Assembly (NCBI GenBank): GCA_021844355.1
Contig: JAKBTP010000203.1
Span: 1 to 38,871, forward strand
DNA: 38,871 nt
Source: a bacterium
GTDB taxonomy: Bacteria > Chloroflexota > Dormibacteria > Aeolococcales > Bog-877
Reading direction: 5' to 3'
Numbering within the stretch: the stretch's first letter is position 1; every line of letters starts with the position of its first letter. A model generated the notes under the pieces. The model ran no database searches, had not been told where the DNA came from, and saw only the letters and a list, made by a program, of their open reading frames with translations. A program made the position numbers and the translations under genes. Positions 8,914 through 17,674 of this stretch are shown here, piece after piece.

Positions 8914-9840
8914 GTGAACGGGCGGCGTACTCTCGCGGCGGCGGTGGCGGCCATACTTCTGGCCGGTTGTGGGGCGGTGGCCCACCACCGCAACCCCGCG
9001 GTGGCTGCCAACCTCCTGGGCGCCTCGGGGACCGCGGCCCTTGGTACCAGCTTCGAGGCCAACTACTCGGCGACCGTGAGGGTCTCCCTCCGGGGAGTCT
9101 CCGGACTGCCTTCGGCGACTCTGCAGCAGCTGCAGCAGCAGGTGGCCAAGCTCACCGGCTCCACCGTCAGCGGTGAAGTCCTCTACCAGTCCAGCGGGAC
9201 CGAGGAGCTGACCTACAGCCTGCCCGCCCTGCTTCCCGGCACTGTCCACCTCCTCGAGGTCGGGGGCGCGGGATACGTGAGCCTGAACGGGACTCAGTGG
9301 TACGCGCTCGGGTCCCGGGCCGCGTCCACTTTGCCGGGTGCCGGGGCGGGGCTCCAGACTCAGCTGCGACAGCTGCTCGCGAGCCTCAGGTCGGCGAGCA
9401 AGGTCACCGACCTGGGCAGCGGGGGGACCGTTGACGGTGTGCCCACCGAGCACCTGCGGGCGGAGCTACCGGGCCCGGAGCTCGCCGCTGCCCTGACGGG
9501 GGTCCTGGGCAGCCTGGGGCGATCCCCCGGAGCCAGCCCCGGCGCCGGGATCGTCGCGCAGTTGGTCGACTTCGGAGCCACCACTGTGGACGGCTGGGTG
9601 GCCACCACCAACCACCTTCCCCAGCGGCTGACATCGTCCTCCTCCGCCACTCTGGACCTGGGTGCCCTTTCGATGCTGGCGCCCAGCGGCACCCCACCCG
9701 TGACCGGGAGCGCCGCCATGGCCCTGCAGATGGCGGTCGACTTCAGCCACTTCGGGGCCGACTTCGGGCTTTCCAAGCCGGCAGTGATCCTCCCCGGCTC
9801 ACCTCAGCTTCCCCAGTCCTTCCTCAGCCAGTTCGCCTGA
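8914..9840 (+). CDS. putative lipoprotein, unknown function
   Basis: Signal peptide with lipobox (AAILLAGC, Cys19). Ser/Thr/Gly-rich soluble body. GTG start at 8914. Family not recognised; a LolA/LprG-like fold is possible but unverified. Confidence 0.6.
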   Translation: MNGRRTLAAAVAAILLAGCGAVAHHRNPAVAANLLGASGTAALGTSFEANYSATVRVSLRGVSGLPSATLQQLQQQVAKLTGSTVSGEVLYQSSGTEELTYSLPALLPGTVHLLEVGGAGYVSLNGTQWYALGSRAASTLPGAGAGLQTQLRQLLASLRSASKVTDLGSGGTVDGVPTEHLRAELPGPELAAALTGVLGSLGRSPGASPGAGIVAQLVDFGATTVDGWVATTNHLPQRLTSSSSATLDLGALSMLAPSGTPPVTGSAAMALQMAVDFSHFGADFGLSKPAVILPGSPQLPQSFLSQFA

Positions 9841-10639
9841 TTCGCGGCCGCCGCCCCAGGAGGCGGTATCCCCGGGCCCGGGATCCGCTCAGGGTGATCT
9901 GGATCGCCTCCCGGCGGGCTGCCTCTTCCGCGGAGTCGTCAAGGTGGGACCGGTCCAAGGTGGTCCCCGTCCGGCCGGCGGCGGTGAACAGCCACCAGTC
10001 GGCGAGGGCTGGATTCTTGGGCAGGAGGGGCCCATGCAGGTAAGTCCCGATCACCGAGCCCAAAACCGCTCCCTCCGCACCCGAGTCTCCGTCGTTCCCC
10101 CCGCCCCGCACCACCTTCCCCAGGGGGTGCAGCCCCGGCTCCAGGATGGTCCGGCCCGAATGGTTCTCGAAGCCGACGAGAAGGGGATTGGCCAGGCCGA
10201 GTCCGGGGTTGGCGGCGACCAGGATGTTGCCCACCAGGCGGCGACGGCCCGCCTCGGTGCGCAGCGGGAGGATGCCCAGGCCGGGGATGAGATCGCCAGC
10301 CGCCGTCCGGTAGTGTTCCCCCAGCAGCTGGTAGCCGGCACAAACCGCCAGGAGGGGAGCGCCGCTGGACACCTGCTCCCGGAGCGCCGGTCCCTTGCGG
10401 GTCACCAGATCATGAGCCAGGGCCAGCTGGTCCATGTCCTGCCCGCCCCCGATCAGGAAGCCCGAGCAGGCCTGGATCTCCCCGGGATCGCCGCCATCGA
10501 GGCCCAGGGTGGTGACCTCCAACTCCACGCCCCGGAGCGCGGCGCGGCGGACCAGGGCCAGGACGTTTCCGCGGTCGCCGTAGAGGTTCATCTCGCGGGG
10601 GTACAGCACGCCCAGCCGCAGCGAAGTCGACCCGGTCAT
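9824..10639 (-). CDS. gatD: lipid II isoglutaminyl synthase, glutaminase subunit GatD (CobQ/CobB-type GATase)
   Basis: LRLGVLYPREMNLYGDRGNVLAL, LLAVCAGYQLLGEHY (nucleophile Cys), GLGILPLRTEAG..RLVGNI, GTYLHGPLLPKNP. The start ATG shares 1 nt with the murT stop (TGATG). Confidence 0.85.
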   Translation of the reverse strand: MTGSTSLRLGVLYPREMNLYGDRGNVLALVRRAALRGVELEVTTLGLDGGDPGEIQACSGFLIGGGQDMDQLALAHDLVTRKGPALREQVSSGAPLLAVCAGYQLLGEHYRTAAGDLIPGLGILPLRTEAGRRRLVGNILVAANPGLGLANPLLVGFENHSGRTILEPGLHPLGKVVRGGGNDGDSGAEGAVLGSVIGTYLHGPLLPKNPALADWWLFTAAGRTGTTLDRSHLDDSAEEAARREAIQITLSGSRARGYRLLGRRPRIRRTG

Positions 10640-12039
10640 CAGCCTTCGGCCCAGAAGGGCTCCGCGCCCCCGGCTCCGACCACTGCTCGGTGCCAGGCCA
10701 GCATCGCGGTGTAGGTGAGCAGGGACGGGGCTGGCATCCCCGGTGCGGCCCTCTCCGCCAGCTCATCCAGCGCCTGCTCCGGCGCGGGCCGGACCATGAG
10801 CCGCGGCTCGGCCAGTCCCGCGTACCGGAGACGCAGTGCCAGCTCTGCCGCCCGCCGTCCGCTCACCACGATCCACCGGGGCCCGCTGTCGGCCAGCTTC
10901 TCGAACTCCACGTCCCAGATCCATGAGATGTCGGTGCCGTCGGCGACCCCGTCGTTCAGGGCCAGCCCGAGCACCGGACCCGCGTCTCCACTGAGCACCG
11001 CCTCCAGGCTGGCCTGCATTCCCGCCGGGTTCTTGGCCAGAAGGAGACGCACCTGGCGCTGACGCCAGCGCACCACCTGGGACCTGCCGAAGGCGGGGCG
11101 GAACTCCCGCAGACCGCGCTCGATCTGATCCCAATCGGCGCCCATCTCCCGCGCCGCCGCCGCCGCCGCCGCGACGTTGGCGGCGTTGTGGGCACCCGCC
11201 AGGGGCACCTCCAAGGGCCCGACGCCTCCGCCAGGGCCCGCCAGGGTGAGCTCCAGATGGTCCAGGCCAGCGGTGAGGACCCGGGTCACCCGCAGCGCCG
11301 GCGAGGGGCGGGACCAGCCGCAAGCGGGACAGCGATAGTCCCCGCACTGACCGTAATAGACGGCGCTGAACTGAAGCGACCCTCCGCAACGGGGGCAGAC
11401 CGGACGGTCGGCGGACTCCGGTAGCCCTCCGCGGTCCGCTTCCCGGTCCTCGATTCCGAAGAAGGATGCCTTGGGCGCCCGGTCCAGGGCCGCTATGCGC
11501 GGGTCGTCAGAGTTGAGGACCGCCACCGCCGTCTCGGGAAGCGCGGCCACCGCCTCCCCGAGGCGAGCCGCGACCTGGTCCACCTCGAAGGACCGGTCCA
11601 GCTGGTCGCGGAACGCATTCAGCACCACCAGAATCCTCGGCTGCACCTCCCTTGCCGCCGCCGCCGCGCTCAGCTCGTCGACTTCGAGCACCAGCCAATC
11701 CAGATCCATTTGTCCCCGGAGATCGGCTTGGGCGATGGCGGCGGCGGTCAGGCCGTAGATCAGGTTGGAGCCGCTCTGGTTCCCGCCGATGCGCCACCCC
11801 GCCGCGGCGGCGATCCGCCGGAGGAGAGCGGAAGTGGTGGTCTTGCCATTGGTACCCGTGACCACCACGATGCCCCGCCGGGGAGACGCCGCCAGCTTGC
11901 GCAGGACCCGGGGATCGATGGTCCTGGCGACATCGCCCGGGAGGGTCGTGCCACCTCCCATCCTCAGGCCGCGCGAGGCCCAGGCGGTGACCTTCCCCCC
12001 CAGGACCGCCAGCCTCATACGGGGGTCCGCCCGAGTCAT
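10639..12039 (-). CDS. murT: lipid II isoglutaminyl synthase, Mur-ligase-family subunit MurT
   Basis: VVVTGTNGKTTT P-loop, four-Cys zinc ribbon (CPRCG...CGDYRCPACG), and C-terminal DUF1727-like part adjacent to gatD. ATG at 12039 forms an ATGA overlap with the ispE stop; the upstream 151 codons of the track ORF are antisense-type Arg/Gly/Pro junk. Confidence 0.85.
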   Translation of the reverse strand: MTRADPRMRLAVLGGKVTAWASRGLRMGGGTTLPGDVARTIDPRVLRKLAASPRRGIVVVTGTNGKTTTSALLRRIAAAAGWRIGGNQSGSNLIYGLTAAAIAQADLRGQMDLDWLVLEVDELSAAAAAREVQPRILVVLNAFRDQLDRSFEVDQVAARLGEAVAALPETAVAVLNSDDPRIAALDRAPKASFFGIEDREADRGGLPESADRPVCPRCGGSLQFSAVYYGQCGDYRCPACGWSRPSPALRVTRVLTAGLDHLELTLAGPGGGVGPLEVPLAGAHNAANVAAAAAAAREMGADWDQIERGLREFRPAFGRSQVVRWRQRQVRLLLAKNPAGMQASLEAVLSGDAGPVLGLALNDGVADGTDISWIWDVEFEKLADSGPRWIVVSGRRAAELALRLRYAGLAEPRLMVRPAPEQALDELAERAAPGMPAPSLLTYTAMLAWHRAVVGAGGAEPFWAEG

Positions 12040-12896
12040 GCCGGCACTGTCGCGCGGATCGGCAGCCCTGGCAGGGCGGCACGGGAGGCGGCCAGCGCCG
12101 ACCCCGCCTCGGCGGCCGGGACAAGCGCGAAGAAGGCCCCTCCGCTGCCGGTCATCGCCCAGCTCAGATGAGGCGTGGCCGCCCGCAGCCGCTCGAGCCG
12201 CGGCGCCAGCTCGGGGGCTACGCGCAGGGCGGCAGCCTCGAGGGCGCTGCCGAAGAGTTCCGGAGCTGGAAGCTCTCCATTCCTCAGGGCCTGGGCCATC
12301 GCCGCTGCCCGGCTTCCGTCGGTCATCTCCCCGCTCTTGACCGAGGAGTACGCCCTGGCGGTCTCCACAGCCCCCAGCACCGCCACCAGGATCACCGTGG
12401 GCGCCAGGCAGGGGAGGGGAGTGAGCACGTCGCCCACCCCGCCCAGGAGGGCCGCTCCGCCGCGGAGCGCGAACGGCACGTCGGCGCCGCACTCGAGGGC
12501 CACGTCGACCAGAGGCGTGGACAAGTCCTCGCCGGCGGCGAGCCGGAGCACGGCCGCGGCGTCGGACGACCCTCCCCCGAGACCGCTCTTGGTCGGTATG
12601 CGCTTCCAGATCGCCACCGACACCACTCCCCGGCCCACCCCATGGCGGTGGAGGGCGTCGGCCGCCCGGGCCACGATGTTGTCGGGCCCTTCTGGCACCC
12701 CCTCCCGGAATGGCCCTGTGACCGCCACCGCTATCCCTCCGGGGGTGCCTGGACGCGGGTCCAGCTCGGCGGCCACCAGGTCGCTCCAGGCCACGGTCTG
12801 GGAGACTGCGGCCAGGAGGTGGAAGCCGTCGGCTCGCCGGCCCACCAGTTCCAGGGCCAGGTTCAGCTTGGCGGGGGCCATCGCGACTTCCAGCAT
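12036..12896 (-). CDS. ispE: 4-diphosphocytidyl-2-C-methyl-D-erythritol kinase
   Basis: APAKLNLALELVGRRADGFHLL and the GHMP kinase motif IPTKSGLGGGSSDAAA. Possible starts are ATG 12896, ATG 12881 or GTG 12953. Confidence 0.85.
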   Translation of the reverse strand: MLEVAMAPAKLNLALELVGRRADGFHLLAAVSQTVAWSDLVAAELDPRPGTPGGIAVAVTGPFREGVPEGPDNIVARAADALHRHGVGRGVVSVAIWKRIPTKSGLGGGSSDAAAVLRLAAGEDLSTPLVDVALECGADVPFALRGGAALLGGVGDVLTPLPCLAPTVILVAVLGAVETARAYSSVKSGEMTDGSRAAAMAQALRNGELPAPELFGSALEAAALRVAPELAPRLERLRAATPHLSWAMTGSGGAFFALVPAAEAGSALAASRAALPGLPIRATVPA

Positions 12897-13010
12897 CCGG
12901 CCTACTTTAACCGCCACTTCCGCTCCCCCCGCTGCCGTATACTGGCTGGGCACGAGGCGCGTCGAGCGCTAGGTTCAGTTCGCCCCACGGGGCGCTAAAC
13001 GGGGGCACCC

Positions 13011-13433
13011 TTGGCCAACACCAGTTCAGCTCGCAAGCGGGTGCGTGCCGCCGAGCGCAAGCATGATCGGAACCGCTCCGTGCGCTCCGCGGTGCGCACG
13101 GCGGTGGCCAAGGCTCGCCGCGCCGTGGGCGGGGAGGAGGCGCCGGAGCTGGGCCGCCTCGCCACCTCGGCGCTGGACAAGGCGGCCGAGCACGGGGTTC
13201 TGCACCGCCGCAACGTGGCCCGGCGCAAGTCGCGGCTGATGCGCGCGCTGGCCGCTGCGACCGCCGTCCAGACAGCGGCCGGCGCTCGGCGCGCCGCGGC
13301 TCAGGGCACGAAATCCAAGTCCACCGCCTCGCAGCGGAAGACGGCGGCCGGCAAGGCCAAGCCGGTCACCAAGACAGTGCGCACGGCACAGCGGAGCCGG
13401 CGCAGCGCGGGGTCGGAAGCGGAGCGCGACTGA
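13011..13433 (+). CDS. rpsT: 30S ribosomal protein S20 with C-terminal Ala/Lys/Arg-rich extension of about 50 aa
   Basis: ANTSSARKRVRAAERKHDRNRSVRSAVRTAVAKA...ALDKAAEHGVLHRRNVARRKSRL is a classic S20 sequence. TTG start at 13011 verified. Total length 140 aa versus about 87 aa typical. Confidence 0.9.
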   Translation: MANTSSARKRVRAAERKHDRNRSVRSAVRTAVAKARRAVGGEEAPELGRLATSALDKAAEHGVLHRRNVARRKSRLMRALAAATAVQTAAGARRAAAQGTKSKSTASQRKTAAGKAKPVTKTVRTAQRSRRSAGSEAERD

Positions 13434-13435
13434 GG

Positions 13436-14386
13436 TCAGCCGGCGCGGGGCGACAGCTCCGCCACCATGTGGGCCAGTAACGTCTCCAGACCCTGGATGG
13501 CGTCGAGTCGACCCACGCGAATCTCCCAGTCGAGGTCGGCCAAGGCGACCAGCCAGCGGCGCAGCCGCGGTGCTCCGGCCCGTCTCAGCTGGCGACTCAT
13601 CCGCTCGGCCTTCCAGGACGGGAGGGCGCCCAAGCCGCCGTCGGCCATGGAGATGAGGTCCCGGAGTGCCCTGGCCAGCGCACCGATCACCAGTTGAGGG
13701 GGCACCTCAGGACGTGACAGCAGACCGGAGAGGAGGCTTCCCACCCGGGTGGGAGCGTCGAAGATGGCATCGGTGAGGCGGTAGAGCTCCCGCGGGGGCA
13801 CCGGGGTCAGGAGCCGGTGGCCCACCTCCTCGCCCACCGGTTCTCCGGTGCGGTCGGGATACAGCGCCAGCTTGTCCAGCTCCATCTCCAGACGGCCCAG
13901 GCTCTCGGCGGCGATCTCCACCAGCTTCGGCGAGAGTTGCGCCGCGAGGTTGAGGCCGCGGGCCCGCACGCGCTGGTCGACGTGGTGTCGGAGCGCGGCT
14001 CCCTTGGGACGGGGGACCAGCCGCACCTCCGCTCCGAGCTCGCGGAGGCCGCGGTGCAGGTTGTTGGTGGCCGGCACCAGGGACCGCACCACGACCATCA
14101 CCGCCGTGGTGTCCGCCCGGTGGGAGATGGCGCGGAGCAGGTCCTCCGTCTCTCGCGATCCGCGGGGGCCGATCTGCGGGTCCCAGAGGACCACCACCCG
14201 GCGCAGCGCCAGGAACGGGGGGCTGGCCAGGCTTCGCTCGATGGCGTCGCCGTCGGAGAGGTCCCTGAACTCCTCCAGCCCCAGTTCGGATCCCATCTCC
14301 GCCACCAGTTGGGTGCGCAGGGACACCGCGGCCTCGGTGACCAGATAGCGGTCCTCTCCGTGGAGAAGGACCAATGGCTCGGGCAC
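13436..14386 (-). CDS. holA: DNA polymerase III subunit delta
   Basis: LVLLHGEDRYLV N-terminus, clamp-loader delta layout, and position next to rpsT (common synteny). GTG at 14386 verified; the track ORF extends to 14497 and would overlap the divergent gene. Confidence 0.75.
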   Translation of the reverse strand: MPEPLVLLHGEDRYLVTEAAVSLRTQLVAEMGSELGLEEFRDLSDGDAIERSLASPPFLALRRVVVLWDPQIGPRGSRETEDLLRAISHRADTTAVMVVVRSLVPATNNLHRGLRELGAEVRLVPRPKGAALRHHVDQRVRARGLNLAAQLSPKLVEIAAESLGRLEMELDKLALYPDRTGEPVGEEVGHRLLTPVPPRELYRLTDAIFDAPTRVGSLLSGLLSRPEVPPQLVIGALARALRDLISMADGGLGALPSWKAERMSRQLRRAGAPRLRRWLVALADLDWEIRVGRLDAIQGLETLLAHMVAELSPRAG

Positions 14387-14454
14387 CGCTCGATTATCCC
14401 CGCGCCGCTGCCGGCTTGCCTTGAGCCCCCTCAGCCCGTCAGCATTGGGTTGCA

Positions 14455-15720
14455 GTGCTGCTGTCTGCCTTCCCGAGCCCGCAACCCCGGTTGCCACTGG
14501 GCACCCTGGGCGCTGAGTTCGCCATCGGGGCGACCTTCCTCATCCACATCGCCATCGTGGGCTACATCCTCGGGGCCGCCGGTATCGCCCCCTTCATGGA
14601 GCTGGCCGGGAGGCGACCCGGGGCCAGCCCCAACTGCCTTCGCTATGCCCGGGGGCTGGCGCATTCGGTCCTCTATCTGTACAGCTTCGGGGCCACCTGG
14701 GCGGTCTTCGCGGTGGTGCTGCTGACGGGGCTCTACGGCCGCCTCATCGGTACCCTGCTCAACCTCCTGCTGCTCCCGCTGACCATCGCCTTCGCCAGCT
14801 TCTTCGTGGGCATCCCCCTGCTGCTGCTCTACGTGTACGGGTGGGAGCGACTGGGGCCGAGGCTCCACCTGGGGGTGGGCCTCGCATTCGCCCTGATCCA
14901 ATACCTCTTCCTCTTCATGATCGTCCAGCTGGACAGCTTCGCCCTAACCCCGGGGACGGCGGTCAGCGCGGCTCACGCCATGTACTCGCCGAGCTACCCC
15001 TGGCTGCTGCTCCACTACGCCGGCGCCACCCTCTCCTGGTCGGCGCTGGTGCTGGCGGCGATCGCCGTCTGGAGGGCGCGGCGTGCCAAGACCGAGGAGG
15101 AGCGCCAGTACCACACCTGGACGAGCCGGGTCACCTTCGCCATCGGGTCGATCTTCCTTCTGGCCCAACCGATCTCCGGGTTCCTTCTGGCCGAGGCGAT
15201 CAAGACCAGCTCCATCGGGGCCTTCGACAACCTGTTCGTCTTCAACTCCGGAAGCATGTTCATCGGCCAGGTGGGTCTTCTGGCGGTGGTGGTGGTGGGG
15301 GCGAACCTCGTCTTCTGGCTGCACCGGGGACCGTCGTCCGGACCGGGCGCGGGGCTGACTGCGATCTCCCTGCTGGGGATGGCGGGCACAGCGCTGCCGG
15401 CTGCCGTCCTCCCCTCGGATCTCGTCTGGCTGCGCTACACGGCGCTCTTCGTGGCGTTCATCGCCACCGCGATCAACCTCGGCCGCTACCTTGTCGAGGT
15501 CCGTCGGGGGGGCGCCGGGGTGCCGCTGGCCCCCATGGTCCCGCGGGCCATGGGCGCGGTGGCTGTGGCGGCGCTCGCGCTCACCATCTTCATGGGGGTC
15601 GTGAAGGAGAACGCCAAGCTCCCCTGCGGCATAGATGCCGGCACCGGGCAGACCTCCTGCCTGCTCTCGCTGCACCAATCGGCGCAGAACTTCAACGCTC
15701 CGCCGGGGACCCTTCCATGA
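14455..15720 (+). CDS. cytochrome bd subunit-I-like membrane protein, degenerate paralogue (A)
   Basis: About 9-10 TM. By-eye matches to CydA landmarks: TM1 His (FLIHIAIVG), LPLTIAFASFFVGIPLLLLYVYGWERLGPRLH versus CydA [33 protein letters not shown], TM5 His (LLHYAGATLSWSALVLAA), and C-terminal GVVKENAKLP. It lacks the two helix-3 Glu. GTG start at 14455. Confidence 0.6.
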   Translation: MLLSAFPSPQPRLPLGTLGAEFAIGATFLIHIAIVGYILGAAGIAPFMELAGRRPGASPNCLRYARGLAHSVLYLYSFGATWAVFAVVLLTGLYGRLIGTLLNLLLLPLTIAFASFFVGIPLLLLYVYGWERLGPRLHLGVGLAFALIQYLFLFMIVQLDSFALTPGTAVSAAHAMYSPSYPWLLLHYAGATLSWSALVLAAIAVWRARRAKTEEERQYHTWTSRVTFAIGSIFLLAQPISGFLLAEAIKTSSIGAFDNLFVFNSGSMFIGQVGLLAVVVVGANLVFWLHRGPSSGPGAGLTAISLLGMAGTALPAAVLPSDLVWLRYTALFVAFIATAINLGRYLVEVRRGGAGVPLAPMVPRAMGAVAVAALALTIFMGVVKENAKLPCGIDAGTGQTSCLLSLHQSAQNFNAPPGTLP

Positions 15721-15950
15721 ACTATCAGGACTTCGAGTCGGCCTGGTACCTGGGGCTGATCATCACCTCCTTCTTCGTGATCATGCTCGCAGGGTTCTGG
15801 ATGGCCATCCGCCGAGTCCGCCAGCTCTTCGTGGCCGGGGACACGATGTCCGGCTGGCTGACCATGGGAGCCAGCTTCTTCACCTTCGTCTTCTTCCTGG
15901 GCCTCTGCCTCAGCCTCTTGATCCTGCTGGTGGTGCGCGGCAGTGCCTGA
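15717..15950 (+). CDS. small two-TM membrane protein (77 aa)
   Basis: ATGA overlap with the stop of the preceding gene (15717-15720). Two hydrophobic helices (WYLGLIITSFFVIMLAGFWMAI, GASFFTFVFFLGLCLSLLILLVV). GC3 bias. It is embedded in the C-terminus of the longer track ORF 14841..15950. Confidence 0.55.
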   Translation: MNYQDFESAWYLGLIITSFFVIMLAGFWMAIRRVRQLFVAGDTMSGWLTMGASFFTFVFFLGLCLSLLILLVVRGSA

Positions 15951-16461
15951 CCAGGAGCTGGCCATCTCACAGCGTCGGATGTCCCGGCGCAAGTTCATGA
16001 CCCTGGGCATCCAGGCGACCGGTGCGGGGATCGGCCTCCTCATTGGGGCTCCGATCGTGGGCTCGATCCTCAGCCCAGCCTTCTACAAGGGCCGCTACCC
16101 ATGGGTGATGGTGGCCGACATCCAGCACGTCCCGGTCGGGGTCCCCACCGCTTATGTGGTCCTCATGGACCAGGGCGGGGACGCCTGGCAGGTGCCGCCC
16201 GTGCCCCGCACGGTCTACGTGGTCAAGCTCAACCTGAACGGCAAGGTGCAGCTCATCACCCTGTCCAACGTCTGCACCCACATGCAGTGCGACGTCCACT
16301 GGGACATCAACCTCAACGTGTTCCTCTGCCCCTGCCACGGTGGCCTCTACAGCATTGACGGGACCAACATCGGCGGCCCCCCCCCACAGCCGCTCTTCCG
16401 CTACCAGCACAAGTTGGTCGGCAACACCCTGTACGTCCGCAACGTGCTCACGGAGGGGTAG
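15943..16461 (+). CDS. Rieske [2Fe-2S] protein with twin-arginine signal
   Basis: Tat motif SRRKFMTLG plus TM anchor. Cluster boxes CTHMQCDVHW and CPCHGGLYS (bc-type, with disulfide Cys). GTG at 15943 overlaps the upstream stop by 8 nt; ATG at 15979 is an alternative. Confidence 0.9.
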   Translation: MPDQELAISQRRMSRRKFMTLGIQATGAGIGLLIGAPIVGSILSPAFYKGRYPWVMVADIQHVPVGVPTAYVVLMDQGGDAWQVPPVPRTVYVVKLNLNGKVQLITLSNVCTHMQCDVHWDINLNVFLCPCHGGLYSIDGTNIGGPPPQPLFRYQHKLVGNTLYVRNVLTEG

Positions 16462-16464
16462 GGG

Positions 16465-17673
16465 ATGGCCGCCGAGAGAAGCCGTCTGGCAGGTCGCCTG
16501 AGCCGGCCGTTCGCCGGGATCATGGCCACCACCTACAGGTGGGTGGACGAGCGGTTGGGGGTCACCGACCTGGTCCACCAGCTCCTCTATGAGGCGGTGC
16601 CGCGGCGGGGAGCGTGGGCCTACTCCCTGGGCAGCGCGACCCTGATCCTGATCGTGAACCAGATCGTGACCGGGATGTTCCTGCTGTGGACCTACGTGCC
16701 CTCAACCACCGAGGCCTGGGAGAGCCTCAACTTCACCGAACGGCACGACGAGTTCGGGGCCATCGTGCGGGGGATGCACCTCTGGGGCGCCTACGTGCTC
16801 TTCGTGGTCATCGGGCTGCACATGGTCCGCACCTTCGTGAGCGGCTCCTACAAGAAGCCTCGAGAGCTCAACTGGATCGTGGGCGTGGTCCTCTTCCTGC
16901 TGGTGCTGGGGCTGGGGATCACCGGGGCGATGCTGCCCTGGGACCAGGCCGCCTACTGGACGGCAACCGTGGTGACCCACGTCGTCGAGTACTTCCCCAT
17001 CTTCGGGACCCAGTTGCAGGAGATCCTCCGGGGCGGGCCCCAGATGGGGCCGGCCACCCTGACGCGCTTCTTCGCGATTCACATCTGGCTGCTGCCGGCC
17101 CTGCTGGTTCCCCTCATCGGGCTGCACCTGATCTTGCTTCGGCGTCACGGCGAGCACGGGTCCTGGGTCAACTACGAGGGGGTCGAGGAGGAGACCGCGG
17201 AAGAGCGGGCCCGGCGGATGGCTCACGTCGAGTACCCATACCCGGCCATACCCTCGGACCCCGGATATGCGGTGCCGGTGGACCTCGACGAGTTCTTCCC
17301 CTCCCAGGTGTTCAAGGACTCGGTGGTGAGCTTCGGGCTCGTGCTCCTCATCTTCGTCATGGCGGTGGTGGTGGGCGCCCCCCTGGAGCGCGCGGCCAAT
17401 CCGGCCGCCCTCAACTACGTCCCCACCCCGGAGTGGTTCTTCCTCCCGCTGGACCAGATGCTGGTGCAGTTCCCCCAGGCGTGGATGATCCCGGTCGGGG
17501 TCTTCATCGTTCCGGGGATCGGGACCACCCTACTGATCTTGGTACCCTTCCTCGACCGGACCCCGGGTCGGGAGCCATGGCGCCGCCCCGAGGTGATGAT
17601 CCCGGCCCTCTTCGTGGTGCTGTTCCTCGTCTTCGAGGCGCTGCTGGCGGTGAACCGGCTCTTCAACCTCTGA
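16465..17673 (+). CDS. cytochrome b (fused b6-like N-domain plus subunit IV-like C-domain)
   Basis: Haem ligand pairs GMHLWGAYVLFVVIGLH (H-x13-H) and AIHIWLLPALLVPLIGLH (H-x14-H). Qo-loop motif TPEWFFLP. 402 aa with no Cys residues. Confidence 0.9.
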   Translation: MAAERSRLAGRLSRPFAGIMATTYRWVDERLGVTDLVHQLLYEAVPRRGAWAYSLGSATLILIVNQIVTGMFLLWTYVPSTTEAWESLNFTERHDEFGAIVRGMHLWGAYVLFVVIGLHMVRTFVSGSYKKPRELNWIVGVVLFLLVLGLGITGAMLPWDQAAYWTATVVTHVVEYFPIFGTQLQEILRGGPQMGPATLTRFFAIHIWLLPALLVPLIGLHLILLRRHGEHGSWVNYEGVEEETAEERARRMAHVEYPYPAIPSDPGYAVPVDLDEFFPSQVFKDSVVSFGLVLLIFVMAVVVGAPLERAANPAALNYVPTPEWFFLPLDQMLVQFPQAWMIPVGVFIVPGIGTTLLILVPFLDRTPGREPWRRPEVMIPALFVVLFLVFEALLAVNRLFNL

Positions 17674-17674
17674 T

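Noticed and set aside
11151-11173. (GCC)6-7 trinucleotide run inside murT, encoding a poly-Ala stretch.
   Set aside because: It is in frame and short, and Ala-runs are typical of GC-rich genomes. There is no sign of a contingency-locus function.
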